From contig JAQGDQ010000002.1 of NCBI GenBank assembly GCA_030141605.1, positions 1,612,001 through 1,676,000 on the forward strand: a stretch of 64,000 bases of DNA, in the 5' to 3' direction. The translations under genes were made by a program, and so were the position numbers. The stretch is from Tubiluchus corallicola. Its lineage: Eukaryota > Animalia > Priapulida. Each line of letters opens with the position of its first letter. Position 1 is the first letter of the stretch. Shown here in pieces: positions 11,501 to 24,770 of the stretch. The notes under the pieces were generated by a model, which was not told where the DNA came from, made no database searches, and worked only from the letters and a program-made list of their open reading frames with translations.

Positions 11501-13881
11501 TCCCAATTATCGCCGGCATTGCTTCATTTACATGCTGACGAAGAAAAACAATTGAACATGCTTGAATGTTATTTCTCCCGCGCACAGTCCTGTGGATTAT
11601 TTTAACCCGAGCGCTAATTTATGCTAGTGTTTAACTTAAAATTAATAAATATTTCGGCATCTATGCCGGCTCGTAAAAAACAGCTAGCGATTCACGACAG
11701 CCCGTCTGTTCTGTTTGTCGTGCCAATACTCTAATTACGAGAGGCAAAACAATAATAGCAATTTTATTTGTAACATCGGGAGCGGGAGAGAGAAGGAATA
11801 ATATTTTCATTAACGCGTTTGCAAGATAAATTAAAATTCCTGCCACATATGCATAACGCCTTGTTATTTTCCTGCTGGTGGTATTTTAATTTTCAAAAAT
11901 TCAAAGTCATTAACCGTCAAAGGCGGATTCATTATGGACGTCCCAAAGTCTGCTTGGATTGCAAGCGCACGTCTTGCGCTGTTAACTATGCAACATGCAC
12001 AAAAATTCATAAATATATAGGCCTATTAATAGACCTGCGACCCTGCAGACCCTATTATGCGACAATATACGATGCAAAATTAAATTAATAAACGACAATG
12101 ATTATCCAAATTTGATTATCCATTTTCCACAGAGGTAAAAACCAAGAAACTTAAATTAACTTTCTAAACGAGTGTTTTTGCATAAGATGTCTCCATTTTT
12201 ATCAGTTGTGTCATCAGCTGCATGCACATTACAAATTTACGTACAAATATTGAATAAGGACTGAAAATAATACCTTCACATAAGTTTACTTGTTATATAT
12301 AGTAAGAACTTATACATGTAGCTGTCACAATTTAATGGTTTTGAAGAAATATCTAAATGGTTTCCAATTAGATGATTGGTTGAGAGAAGAATTGTATTCT
12401 TGTCACTAATGTGGCAGATCCTACATGTATCAGACTATGTATCAACAATTGATCAGTAAATCCGTGAACAAAAATCTTAACAGTTAATCAGTCTGAGTCA
12501 ATAAAATGTTACTGAACAATTTCTGAAACGAATGTCCAGAATATTGATTTTTGAATTTGCAAAGTTAACGAGTAAAGCTTATTTCTTTAAGAGTGACAAA
12601 CCCCTCTGGCTTAAAATAAATAAAAGAGTGTGGTTATAAGTTCGTTTTGTAAATAAGCATTTACTTTTGCGAGATTTTAAGTAAAAATATTTTTTGATAT
12701 TTATTCTTGCACTTTTATATGCTATAACGTAATATATCTGATAACACTTTTTGAGAGAGATAAAATGTGCCCTTGTATAATAAAATTCAGAACTTGTCAG
12801 TATAGTAGCGGCTATGAAGTAATGATGGTGACGGCAACAGTGGCGATGGTGTCAGTTACGATGAGATAATTATTATAGTAATCATGACTAAATGGTAGTT
12901 TTAGATCGATCTTTTGGCACAGTAGCTGACTTCATCCAAGTTTTATGTTAAATTGCCATTTTATAGCTCGTCTATATTTCTTATTAGGACATTTGTTAAT
13001 TATATACATTGCCTACGTTTTAACGCCATTTTAAATTAAAGAGGTGAGAATATCGCAACGTTATTTTTAAAACAAAACTTCACTTCTCGAAATAAAAAAT
13101 TAACAAGCTCCATGCTAATTGAAAAACTGGCATTGTGTCATTAATTGGGCATATTTTCAATCAGTTGGTATAAAGTATGAAAAATGTCACTAGCGACTAA
13201 TTTTTCGAAAAAAAGAAAACGTCCCATATGCTCATTAATATAGTCATCAAGCTACTGATATTATATAATTGCACTCGGGGAAGTGCTGATCTACTGAAGT
13301 TTTTCAAATGCAATTTATTGTCAAGTAGCTTCGCGCATATTATCGCTCATTTTATAAGGCATCTGAAATACAGATATTCACCAAATCGCATCGCATTTTG
13401 TGAAAATACGGAATGTTTTATGAGTGATTTATAAGTCGTATATGCATTTATTGTATGTATGTGTTGTATGTAAGTATGTATTTATACATCTAAATACATG
13501 TATATAGTATACTATTGTTTATTAACCTTTTCTTGTTTTCACTTTTTATATGTTGAATCTTAGGCAGGGAGGCGAACAGCAGATATCCATTTTTGTTGTT
13601 TTGCATCAGGGAAAGCCAGGTGCGTGTATCCTACTTATAACAGTTTTTTAGTTGCTAACAAAGAGTTTTTGTTCATATAAACTTTATAATTTTTATAGAA
13701 AAATTTAATTTTGTACATTCAGACTGCTGATGCTGAGTGTTTCCTGCGATGTGTGATCTTAAGGTTTCCTACGTTGCAGAAATTAATACAAGTGTGTAGG
13801 TAAACTACTTCGTATGCAACTGTCTAGCTTCTACATTTTTGACACTACGTTTTTGTCTAAGGCACATATCTTACTGCCCAA

Positions 13882-14089
13882 GGCTCCGATTTAACACTGC
13901 ATTCTTAAGAGCAATATTGCGCAAAAACTGACGAAGATCGCAAAAAATTTATCAAGCGCTATATGAAGCTTACGAAATACTTTACGAAAATACGTAAGTG
14001 GAAGAGTTTGACTCCCATAAACACTGCGATACTTCGTAAGAACGATCTCACGAAAAAAGCGTTCGCGAGATTGTTGATAAATAGCAGTC
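13882..14089. mobile_element. Degenerate palindromic MITE-like element (PIF/Harbinger-like ends)
   Basis: Left end GGCTCCGATTTAACA versus reverse complement of right end GACTGCTATTTATCA (11/15); internal inverted CTTAAG/CTTACG..CGTAAG motifs. No clear TSD. Confidence 0.35.
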
Positions 14090-14806
14090 ATTCAGTTTGA
14101 ATACTATAAAAAGGGCCTGTATTTATTCGAGAAAGTATTCGAGCAAAAATGATTATCAATCATCATTGTCATTATCAATCATGAACTATTGATCTATAGT
14201 TAGGTCTATAATTCGCCTATAATTAGACTTAATTCAGGTTCCAACTTCAAATTTAATTTGTTTAGTTTCAAACTTAACAGTTTCAGTTGAAGCCTACGTA
14301 TAATTCCATGTTAACTTGAAAAAGTCTATTTCATTAATATAGTTTTAATAAAAATTCCGGACAGAACTATTTCATATAAAATGCGCATTGATTGAAGACA
14401 ATTACAGACGCAGAAAATAATATAAAGAAACATTAATTTATTATCGTTGTTGGTTGCATTTATCATATTTGTGCGCAGTTAATTAAACTGCCTAATATTA
14501 CAATCTTTTGTTTGAACCAGGGTTATCACATCTTTTCTACGGCAAAAATCAATATCATGCAAAAAATGTGCGTTGTTACATGTATGTGTCAGTTTTTTTG
14601 AAATGAAGCCGCAGTGCGTCTCTTATAATTCGTGGGTATTACTTGTGCGGATTATTGATTTAGTATGATATGTTGAAATAGAAAATGAAATTAAATTTAC
14701 GTAAAGTATTTACGTTCCCATATCTGCAGAGAAGCTAGTCCCTAAACTAGATAGCCACAGTGATTCTTTTGTCTTCTGACAATAGAAGCCATTTATTGTT
14801 AAATCC

Positions 14807-14849
14807 GTTCATATGTTAAAGGAAAGGATGTTCATATGTTAAAGGAAAG
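14807..14849. repeat. 20-bp direct duplication GTTCATATGTTAAAGGAAAG x2
   Basis: Identical copies at 14807-14826 and 14830-14849. Confidence 0.9.
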
Positions 14850-17800
14850 TCACTTGGCATGTAGGGTTCATCTTACTTCTATCACTTTAACTTATTCTCC
14901 GTTTGCAAACTGTTTTTAAATTGTCAAACTAAAATTGACGAGCAAAAACTGTCAGTCTAAAAACTGACGCATCTTTACACGGCGTTAAACTTTACTCTGG
15001 TAGCAGGTGTTCAGCAAGGGGTGTCAATCTGCTATTATAGTTTCTGTGCGGTAATAGTTACAAAATTATGAATCAATCAGATTACTCTAGAGAAGTCCTA
15101 TGATTTTCTCCATTAAGAACAAATTGCAAGTTTATTAAACGTATGTACTTTTAAGTCTCTAGCGTTAGTTATAATGTTCACTTTAACAACCGCGCAAACT
15201 GCGTGCATATTTAATCAGGCTTTCAATCTGCCGCAAATTATAGTAAAATTATTATATAGGTTGAAATAATTATAAAATTAACATTATGCTATGAAGTAAA
15301 CACATTTTTCAATTAACAAGGTAAATTAATTTCAACTTTACTGCTAAATGTTTATAAAGTTATAATAAAGTTATTACTTTAAACTAATAAAATTTGTTTA
15401 AATTACTCTATAATGTGAAATTTAAATTTCTTATAAAAACAAAACAGGGTGAATTTTAATATATAAAGTGTGACTTCCACGAACCTTATATGATTGTGTT
15501 TTATAATTTTTCTTTTTAGTTGCCCTTCAATGACGTTCACATTTCTGCGCGATAAGAAACAATGGCTATGATGCCATATTGTATTGGATATTGTATCTGA
15601 ATGTGTAAGCTATTGTTTGATGTTTGTCAATTTAAAAATTCGTTAATTTCGCTGTTTACACGATCTAATTAGCGTGACCGTTTGTTGAAATCAGAAGCCA
15701 ATGTATTAAAGAAATCGCTGAAATTTGGTTTTCACAAATGAAGACCGGCCCCCGATATCCAGAAAAGTTTTCCATACTTCCTTTAATTAACGTTTATCCA
15801 ATTTACTTCAGATTTTGTTTCCAGGTTTCACTGTTTACTACTTCATCATAAATACGCTTTGGTATCTCCAAAGTATTTCAGTCGTTTCAGTAATAAGTTC
15901 ACCATATTGCATTTTCTTCATACCGAATTAAATCGCGTTATTCTTTTATCGTCTGTCTGACGTCGGTCTGGTGTCACAAACACAGAAATCTCTTTAGAAC
16001 TGTGTTAATGGCCATTGACAATAACCCGTCAATAAATCAAAGCTGCTAAAGTAATTTACACACACAAAATGTGAATGAAATCCTATTCTAGGAATTGAAT
16101 GGGAGACTTAATTACGATATTCAATTTCTGGAAGGCAGCACATACGATGTAATCCATCCAATTTAGTACCAATATACACGCTGAACTTTGCTCATCGCCA
16201 ATTTCCAGCTTTTTCTGAAATAGTACCATTTAAGGTAATTTCGGATGATTTGTTCTGTAGGGATGCTGTTTCCAAGGCTTGTAGTTTTGCCCACATTAAT
16301 TTCGTGGTAAATGACAGTATAGTCTCTCGGCCATATTCTTTCCGCAGTTACAACATGTCTGGTGTTTCATGGGTTGCTTACGCAGCAAGTACAATGGGGG
16401 GCAACTAGCTCTCAGCATAAAATTTAAACTACTACTTAGGATCCACCGGCAGAACCTCTGCAAGTGCTTCGTCAAGTGTCTACTAATTTTCGTACAACAG
16501 CAGCTTACAGCTGTTCTACAGATACAGCCTATTGTTTTATAAAATCGTGTTGCAGTATTTTTCACATAACATACATTTTCAAACAGTGCGTTGAAACTCT
16601 CAGTTTGTTTTAAAGCTGTTGCAAGAGTTCGATAATGTTGCAATATACATTGCAGGTCTTATTTCTGTGTTGATACTAAAAGCAAAAAAGTCGGAAAATA
16701 ATTTACAAGTCACACCTTTCACAAACCACATGACGGCAGCTAACCAAGTTCCCATGAAATAAGTTATGTAACCGTCACAGTCGGCTGTGTAAATGTTATA
16801 CAAGTACCATCTCTCTTTTCACACAGTCAACACCAATTTTAAGTACAACCATAGATCAACCCTTATAACAATCAGTGTGAAAACAGCCTTAAGCATGGAT
16901 AACAAGAGTTTTCTTGCCTCCACCTGTTCCAAAAACGGATTTTTCACTGGGCGGCTGCCACACAAAGCCGTCAAAACTGGGTGGCCAGCGAAAATACTAA
17001 TATTATAATCCACGTTGGATGTTTGTGTTACCTTTCTGACGGCGTGTGATAATATTTTTCTTATAAACTTTTTTGCCGCGGCGCACCCCTTTGTATTGAG
17101 TTTTGCATGTTTTGATTGTTGCACAGTTGGCATTTGTGAATTAAACAAACCCAATGTGAGAAGGGATGTGTTATGCACGTCTGTGTGAAAACACACGCAA
17201 TCCTCTTTCTTTGTCTCACGTGAAATCAATATATCATTCAATTTATAACAAAAAAAACGTCTGCATTTTGAAATATGTTAGGCCAGTAATGTTTTTCTTT
17301 GTTTGACATCACAGGATCACAGAATATAGCTTATAAAACTAGGACTCGGTTGATATAAACGACAGCGGATACTAGGTAGAAATTTCGCGCATTATTGCTG
17401 TAAATTTCGTACCAGAAAGCGTCGTTAATAATTCGTTGCTCTCAAACGAATGATAGCACGAAGCCAAAAATTTCGTGTCGATAGTCCGATGGAAACCGAT
17501 TTAACGGCAACTATCCGCCCTTAAAAATGAAATATTGGACACGCAACACTCCAGACACTAATTACGAAGCCTTCATTCGAACATCGCAAAAACCATACTG
17601 AAAATTTTGCATTGTTTTTAAGGAAAAGCGAAGGTTTACAGGAAGTTCAGCTTATTTTAATATTAGAGAGAATATTAGAAAAATTTCAGCAATAAAATTG
17701 TGATAAACATCTCCTGTAATTAGTAAAATCAATTTAAAGCCGCTATCATTTGACATTTGGGTGCACTCATTTTGAACGAAAAGTGACGTAACTCGATTAC

Positions 17801-17940
17801 AGTGGCAGTATAAACAACTAACCCACAAGATGTCTGAAAAAACTTTTTTGCAGCTGTAGTCACTATTATCAACTATAAACTATCCAAAACGTTAAACGAG
17901 AGATTATCAATACTATTTGTTGCTTTTTGAAGAATTTATT

Positions 17941-17990
17941 TGTCCTTAGTTACCGACGATAGGCTAATCCCAAAACTCGGCTACTTAACA
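17941..17990 (+). mobile_element. Fragment of the dispersed 5S-like SINE family (copy 3)
   Basis: TGTCCTTAGTTACCGACGATAGGCTAATCCCAAAACTCGGCTA aligns with the copies at 24706-24770 and 48740-48800. Confidence 0.4.
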
Positions 17991-19236
17991 CCAAGAAATC
18001 ACAGAATAATTAGTTTAATAAGCTAAGTTTCTAATCTATCCTAAGTAACCCATCCGGCACCTACTACATGCTCGCTTGCCCGAAAGTCAATAAACATCTG
18101 TATGCATTTTGACTTTTTTTGAGGTACATATCTGTGTATTAAAGTTCCGTAAGCACTTAAAAGTTGTTGCTATTCGACTCGATGGCTAATTTTTGCATAA
18201 TAAATTATAATAAGCGAATTTCCGAGTGAACTACAGAAGTTTTGTTAGCGTGCCTTTGTGTCGTCCACCAGCTAACGCCATTTTTTTTCAAATATGCCCA
18301 CACGGAGGTTCGCTTGGCAGGATATGAGCATGATATTGGCATTGAAAGTAAAATCTGTTGAATAACAATAACCTTTGTCTTTGACATTGAACCGTCCACT
18401 CAATGGCAACAACTATTTAATTAAAATTTGTGCCCATTCAGCATTATGTTGCCTAGGTTATGTGGCCTAGCTTTTTACATCTCTTTGTGAGTTATTAAAA
18501 ATTCTGCAATTGAAACTAGAAATTTACTAAAACGAAAAAGAGGTTAAGAAGAAAAAAGATCAACGATCCACAATGACGACGACATTAACAACAAAGTCAT
18601 TGTTATAACAATCACTCGTTCAAACGAAATAAAAACAATTAGTGGAAAAACAGCATGTAAACGAGAAAGTTTTGACCAGACTAATAAGTCACTGGTTTCG
18701 ATTTCTTCTTCCGGTCCGTGTCAAAACAAACATTATGTGCGAGGACGCTTAACAAACAAGCACGATAGCTGATAAACTTTGTAATAATCTCACGCTGTTC
18801 CACCATCCATCATTCACTTAGGAAAACTATGGGACCTGATCCAGGGGCTTCAAGCGAGAAGGCTTTCCCCATTCCCCATTCCCCATATTGAAAATCTGTT
18901 TTTTACAAAAATAAAGAAACTTAGTAAAAAACGTTATGGATGTAGTGGCGTGTTGGAAATGCAAGGAAAAACAGAAACTATTTTTAATTTTAGCTTTCCA
19001 AGATGATACTTTAATCTTCAGAATCTCTGTGCTCAATTTTTAGTGTTCAATGTTTTTTACCAAAATAATAAAAAATGAAAATAATGTCAGATGCGCAACT
19101 GTCACAAGTGAAACCGATTTTTCTGATTTAATGAAACAATAATGTGCTAAAAACATTTTTTGCGATTTTGCTGATGCCTTCAAAATTGGATTAATTAGTT
19201 GGTATTGTAAATGATGAAGTTGATAAATGTGGGAAT

Positions 19237-19399
<163 letters not shown>

Positions 19400-19695
19400 T
19401 ATGGAGTATGGCATGCAAACAGTTTCGATCCACCATATGCGGATTAATACAGCAACTGAGTAAATGATACCAAACACAAATAAACTTGCACCTTAGGCGA
19501 AAATATTGCCATTTCAAACAGTTTATTGTTTATTTCCTTGAGCGGTTGTTGCATGAAGCAACTTATTATACGAGGTGAATAATGGCCGACGCTGCAAGTT
19601 TTGATTTTTTGTGCGACCATTAAAACAAATAATCAGAAACGGCATAGTATTGTTTCCATATAGCATACACAAATCACATTCATGTTTGCTTTTAG

Positions 19696-19849
<154 letters not shown>

Positions 19850-21690
19850 ATAGTTATTTCGCTTTCCGACTTATTCAGGTATACTGTTTTTTAGTTTGTT
19901 TCGTTTGGTGCTTTGTGCTCAACCAATGCAAAGCGCTATTTTTAAGACAAATTCCAAAACAACTTTTATTATGCTGTCCTTTTAAATGTACTGACGAAGA
20001 ACGCCTTCAAAATTTCAAAGTGCAAGGTGTGCCAGGAAATGACTGCTCCCCTTGTTCACAAGAAAGTGAAGAGTAGATCAAAATCGACAAAACGACGAGA
20101 AAGAACATTTAAGTTCTGAGAAAAAACACTTAATTATGTTGCCATTATTCGCTGCTCTGAGGACCATAATTGGACAGTGTGCGATTAACGCTGGTTTCTC
20201 AATATGAATGGTGTCATATTTCATCTCTTCAAAAACTTTCTCGGTTCTCGTTTCTGATAATAAGAAGTGGAAAGAATTTAAAAACACGGTAAAAGGAAAT
20301 ATTGCATGTGACTGAAATATTAAAGATACCTTTATATGTACTCGTGACACCTTCTAAATGTATCGGGCTATCATTTCCTAATACATGCAAGCCTAATTTT
20401 AGCACAGATGTCTAAAGTAGTTCAGTGAAATTATTCGCGTTTGGTCTTTATTTATATATTTTTAAAATGCAAAGTTTGACGTAGGATTAGCTCATGAATT
20501 TCAGTAACATAATTTAATGACGAGGAAGATTTTAATTTCATTTTATATCAGGAAGATACCGCTTTTTATTTCATTTTACCTATATCACTGCTCAAATTTT
20601 CGTCTATCCGTAATTACGCATTTGAATAATAAGTGATAGTTTATTGGTGTAGATTTTTTGGACAGTAATTGGTTTAAACTCTAGAGGCAAGTTTGCATTT
20701 AGAGACACACTTTTTCAATCTCGGCTAACGCTAGTCGCAACTAATAACTAGAAAGCGGCAGGGTTACACCGCGTCACGCGCACTTTAAAAAAACTGCATT
20801 CTGTGTTTCAGGAAGCTAAGTGTTGTACCGCAGCGCCACCTCTTGCCAAAAGAAATGACATTCTATTTTTGTAGTACTGTACATGTAATCCGAGCAACTT
20901 AGAGTTGCTCCGTAGCGCCACACATTATCAAAACAAAGTGTTAATCAAGTGCACAGTGTACATAATCTAGCTGTCCTTATTTTATTGCACGTACACTAGA
21001 CTTCTTTTTTCTACCAGGTAAGAGCCAAACTCAAAGACTATCAATTGCAGTTAATAGCTAAGTACTTTTCCAATGCACCGGAGATTTGTAGTTTCAACGA
21101 CGAAAAGTCGTAGGAAATCTTTCTTAATGGTGCATACCACAAGCTTAATTGGTAATCTTGTTTTGTCACTGTAAATTTTGATTTAATAATGTACAGCACA
21201 AATCGGTTTCAGCATTTTAATCAGTCCCATTGTTTGAACAGTCCCAACATTTTTTTAAAATTTAAAGCAACGTTAGCGGCATTAAAATTATCTCAAGCTC
21301 ACCCATATACAGACCATTTGTTCCGCCGAAGCTGATGACTGACGACGAGTAAAAAAATGTATTGAAAGTAAATTAAGCGCTGCTGTTGTTGTTGCCGCGC
21401 TGTATGCTGCGAAATATGCAAGTTTATAAAGTGTAGAGAAACATAGTGACACTGCTTCAATTTATATCACAGGGTAACATTTTAATTTGCTGCCAAAACC
21501 ATTTTTGTGTTTGCGTTTAACTTTCGAAAATTTGCAAGCTTAATAAAATTTAAAATTAACAGATCGCTGCAGTTCTATGATTTATACTGATAATTGTGCA
21601 GTAGTATTCGATAAACAATGACCCGTATGAACTAAAACCTGCGTACGTGAAACTATAGATCGTTACGTGAATCGCGCTTAACACCATATT

Positions 21691-22103
21691 TACAACAAAA
21701 AGCCAAACTTGTTTATGCAAAGCTTAGAGATAGGTGCGTGAATTAGCTGGGCAAACGTGCTTAAGATTTATAATTATCATCCTTGTCATTGTCTTGTATC
21801 ATCATCTATCATCAGATATCGTCATCATCATTTTTATCATCGGCATCGTTGACAACGAAATATCTACTGAGGAGCTTAGTATGTTCTTTTACTAGGAGTA
21901 AAGCGTTTATTGGAAAGTGATGCCGATTGAATAGAGACCGAGTCGGTAAAAATGTTATCATAATTATCATCGTTGTCAATGTCATGTATCATTATCCTCG
22001 ATCAACAGATATCGTCATCGTTACGTACCTACGACAGAAAGCCAAACTTGCTTACATGAAGCATAAAATAGGCGCGTGAATTATCTCCGCAAATGTGCTT
22101 AAG
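21691..22103. repeat. Permuted local duplication A-B...B'-A'
   Basis: A 21691-21765 resembles A' 22030-22103; B 21770-21826 resembles B' 21960-22019; all copies in direct orientation. Confidence 0.85.
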
Positions 22104-24705
22104 GTTCTCGTCCGCAAACAAGTCAAGCATACGTGCCGCATGCGCTTCGTAGGTAAGAGCCCCTGCAGTGCAAGACCAACGTAATTATTTTAATAGTGTT
22201 GACACATGTATGCCCTGGTACTGCGTTGTTGCTTACATATTATTATTATAGCATATTTCCTATTGATCACTGTTTATAATTAGACCACTAAGACCAATCA
22301 GTGTCTATTCTTGTCATTGGATACAACAGAGGAAACCTGAAAATTTACTACACTAGTACTGTATACCGTATGCGCATTGCACATACGGTAGTGTACCACG
22401 TGATTTGGTACAGAGTATTTAAAGGTGAGATTGTTTTGAAGATGCTTATCCACAACAAACAATGACTGGCATTTCCTTTATGTTGTTTCCGATTTCTATA
22501 GCAACCCATTCTTCTAGAACAGACCAGCTGCCTCAGTATGATTCAGTTTGTTTCTAATCTGCTGACAGTGTGCGTGTGTCATTATTTTGCTATAGTAAAT
22601 GGTAGGCACAACGCAAGGAATAAATGACTTAATGACATATTGTCATTTGTGGGATAATTAGCCATTATTTCTATTCTAAACAAGGATGTTAATCACGTTC
22701 AACAGATGCTTAGATAAAAAGCTAAGTACGAAAGCACATAAGACACAACGACCTGTTAGCATAATGAATTACGTAATAAACTTCAGTAATAATTGATATA
22801 GCCTAAAGCAGAATTAAATTATTAAATTTTTTATTGATGTGGGTTTGCTGGTAATAAACTAAAGAGCCTGTTATTAAGTACACACGTGATCTTGGAGATA
22901 ACCAAGCTAGCATGAGTCTCAGCACTGCTTAGCAATTATACAGAAATCTACTTTGTCAGTCTTGCAAAGACTGTACTATGAAAATTCTTTTTTAAAGAAT
23001 AAGTGTTTTACATCATTAAAATTTTGTTTTTCTGCCATGAATTCATGCTTAAACAGCTCATAGATGGCGCTTAAAACATGCAAGGAAATTTTACTCTTCA
23101 ATTTAATTTGTGAGAAACCAGTTTAAATAATTAGAGTATAAGCGTTAATTTCAGCAGATAATATGCATTCTACACACCGTTGTAGATTAGCAATTGTAGT
23201 TTTCCGGCGCCAGATTATTGATTTATGTAAATGGTTAATCATCTAGTGAGTAGTTAACACTGTTGATTATTGACAACTCCATTCTGCGCGAATTGACCAC
23301 GGAAAGGTCAGTAATACACGCTGGCATAGTAACGAATCATCAAGAAATGATTGTCTTATAGTAACTGACTGCACGCCATTTTATTCTGGTTCAGAACCAC
23401 GAGTGTATCAGGTGTTTCTTACTTAGGGTGACAATGACATATTACCTCCAGGTGTGCTGTACCTGTAGGCCTATTTGGTGCACTTAAACGCTCGCGCAAT
23501 GATTCTTTAAAATGAAAATGTGCTGATGGAATGCGTTTAGTAGCCATTACGAGAAATAAAAAATCTAGAAACTCAAGGAGATGGTAAGTAGAGTGTCAAG
23601 TTTTTTGCAAAAACTGATAGTGTAAAAACAATTAGAAATGAAATCTATGTGTTCAAAATGAACAAACGGTTGCGTTAAATTACAAATCTTTAATCATTAT
23701 AAACACAAAAATATAAAACATTAAATTTTGAGAATAATTTTTCTAAGGGCTTTTAACACATAAAAATTGTTTACCGTGACATGAAGTTAAGTAGAACTAG
23801 ATTTACCTCCTCGGAACTAGTTGTAAGATGTAAATAAATGTAAACTTAAACGCTTTATTTCACAAACGTAACATTCAAGTACAATTAACAAAATCACAAA
23901 CTTAAATAAACAACGCATACAGGAACACAAATTTATAGGACTATGATTCTGGACTTCCTGTTTTCTCCTGGTTCTGTGGTTTGAACTGTGGGACAAATAT
24001 TTAGCAAAAATCGCAAAACATTAATATTAATCTAATGTGAAATGTTAAAGGAAAGGCCAAGCCTTCTGGGAAGTTAGGCTTATTTCAATGTTTGCGAAAA
24101 GTGTTAGGAGGATTTAAAAAATAATAATAAAATGTGATAAGCGACCTTGTGTAACTAGTAAACTAACGTTAAAGTCACACCTGGCGCTCTCATTTTAAAC
24201 GCTCATTCTTCCAATGATGGCGTTCATCGGTTGAAGAAAAGCAGTGCACTGTCAATTTCTGTCAAAAGTATAAGTTTTTGCAAAAAAATAGATAGCTAAT
24301 TTTGTGGTATATTTGCCTGAACATTAGGTAAGCTGCTGAAGTTTGAATTTGTGTAAGCAGCGCGTGCTTATCGAAAGCCACGATGCGCTCACTAAAAGTC
24401 ACAAAGCCCACCAGTTTTCAAGTGAATGGCGGCAGTCACTGGCTGAAAATTTCTACACAACGGTAGTATCAATTAACTTTATAGTTTATACACATTTTTG
24501 CAACTTTCTTTGTTATCTTTTTCTAAGTTTTAGTGATAACAGTAAAATAAGCCCAGCATGCTGAGTGACGTGCTTTTCTTTAATCCTAATCCTCCAAGAG
24601 AAGGCACTGAAGCGGCAGCAGTTGTCTCAGCCACAACCGGATAAAATATTACATCCACCGTTAACAGCCAGAATTACTGCGGCGAATGAAACGAACAATA
24701 AACTT

Positions 24706-24770
24706 TGCGCTTACCCAAGCATTCATTGACCAATCTTAGTGTTGCTTAACTTCGGTCACTAAGACATACT
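24706..24770 (-). mobile_element. 5S rRNA-derived (SINE3-like) head fragment (copy 1)
   Basis: Minus strand reads GACCGAAGTTAAGCAACAC...TTGGTCAATGAATGCTTGGG; ACCGAAGTTAAGCAAC matches the invertebrate 5S A-box region as recalled. Aligns without gaps to 48740-48800. Confidence 0.55.

Noticed and set aside
24706-24770. Functional 5S rRNA gene
   Set aside because: Only about 16 nt match well; C-box degenerate and no full 120-nt gene or terminator.
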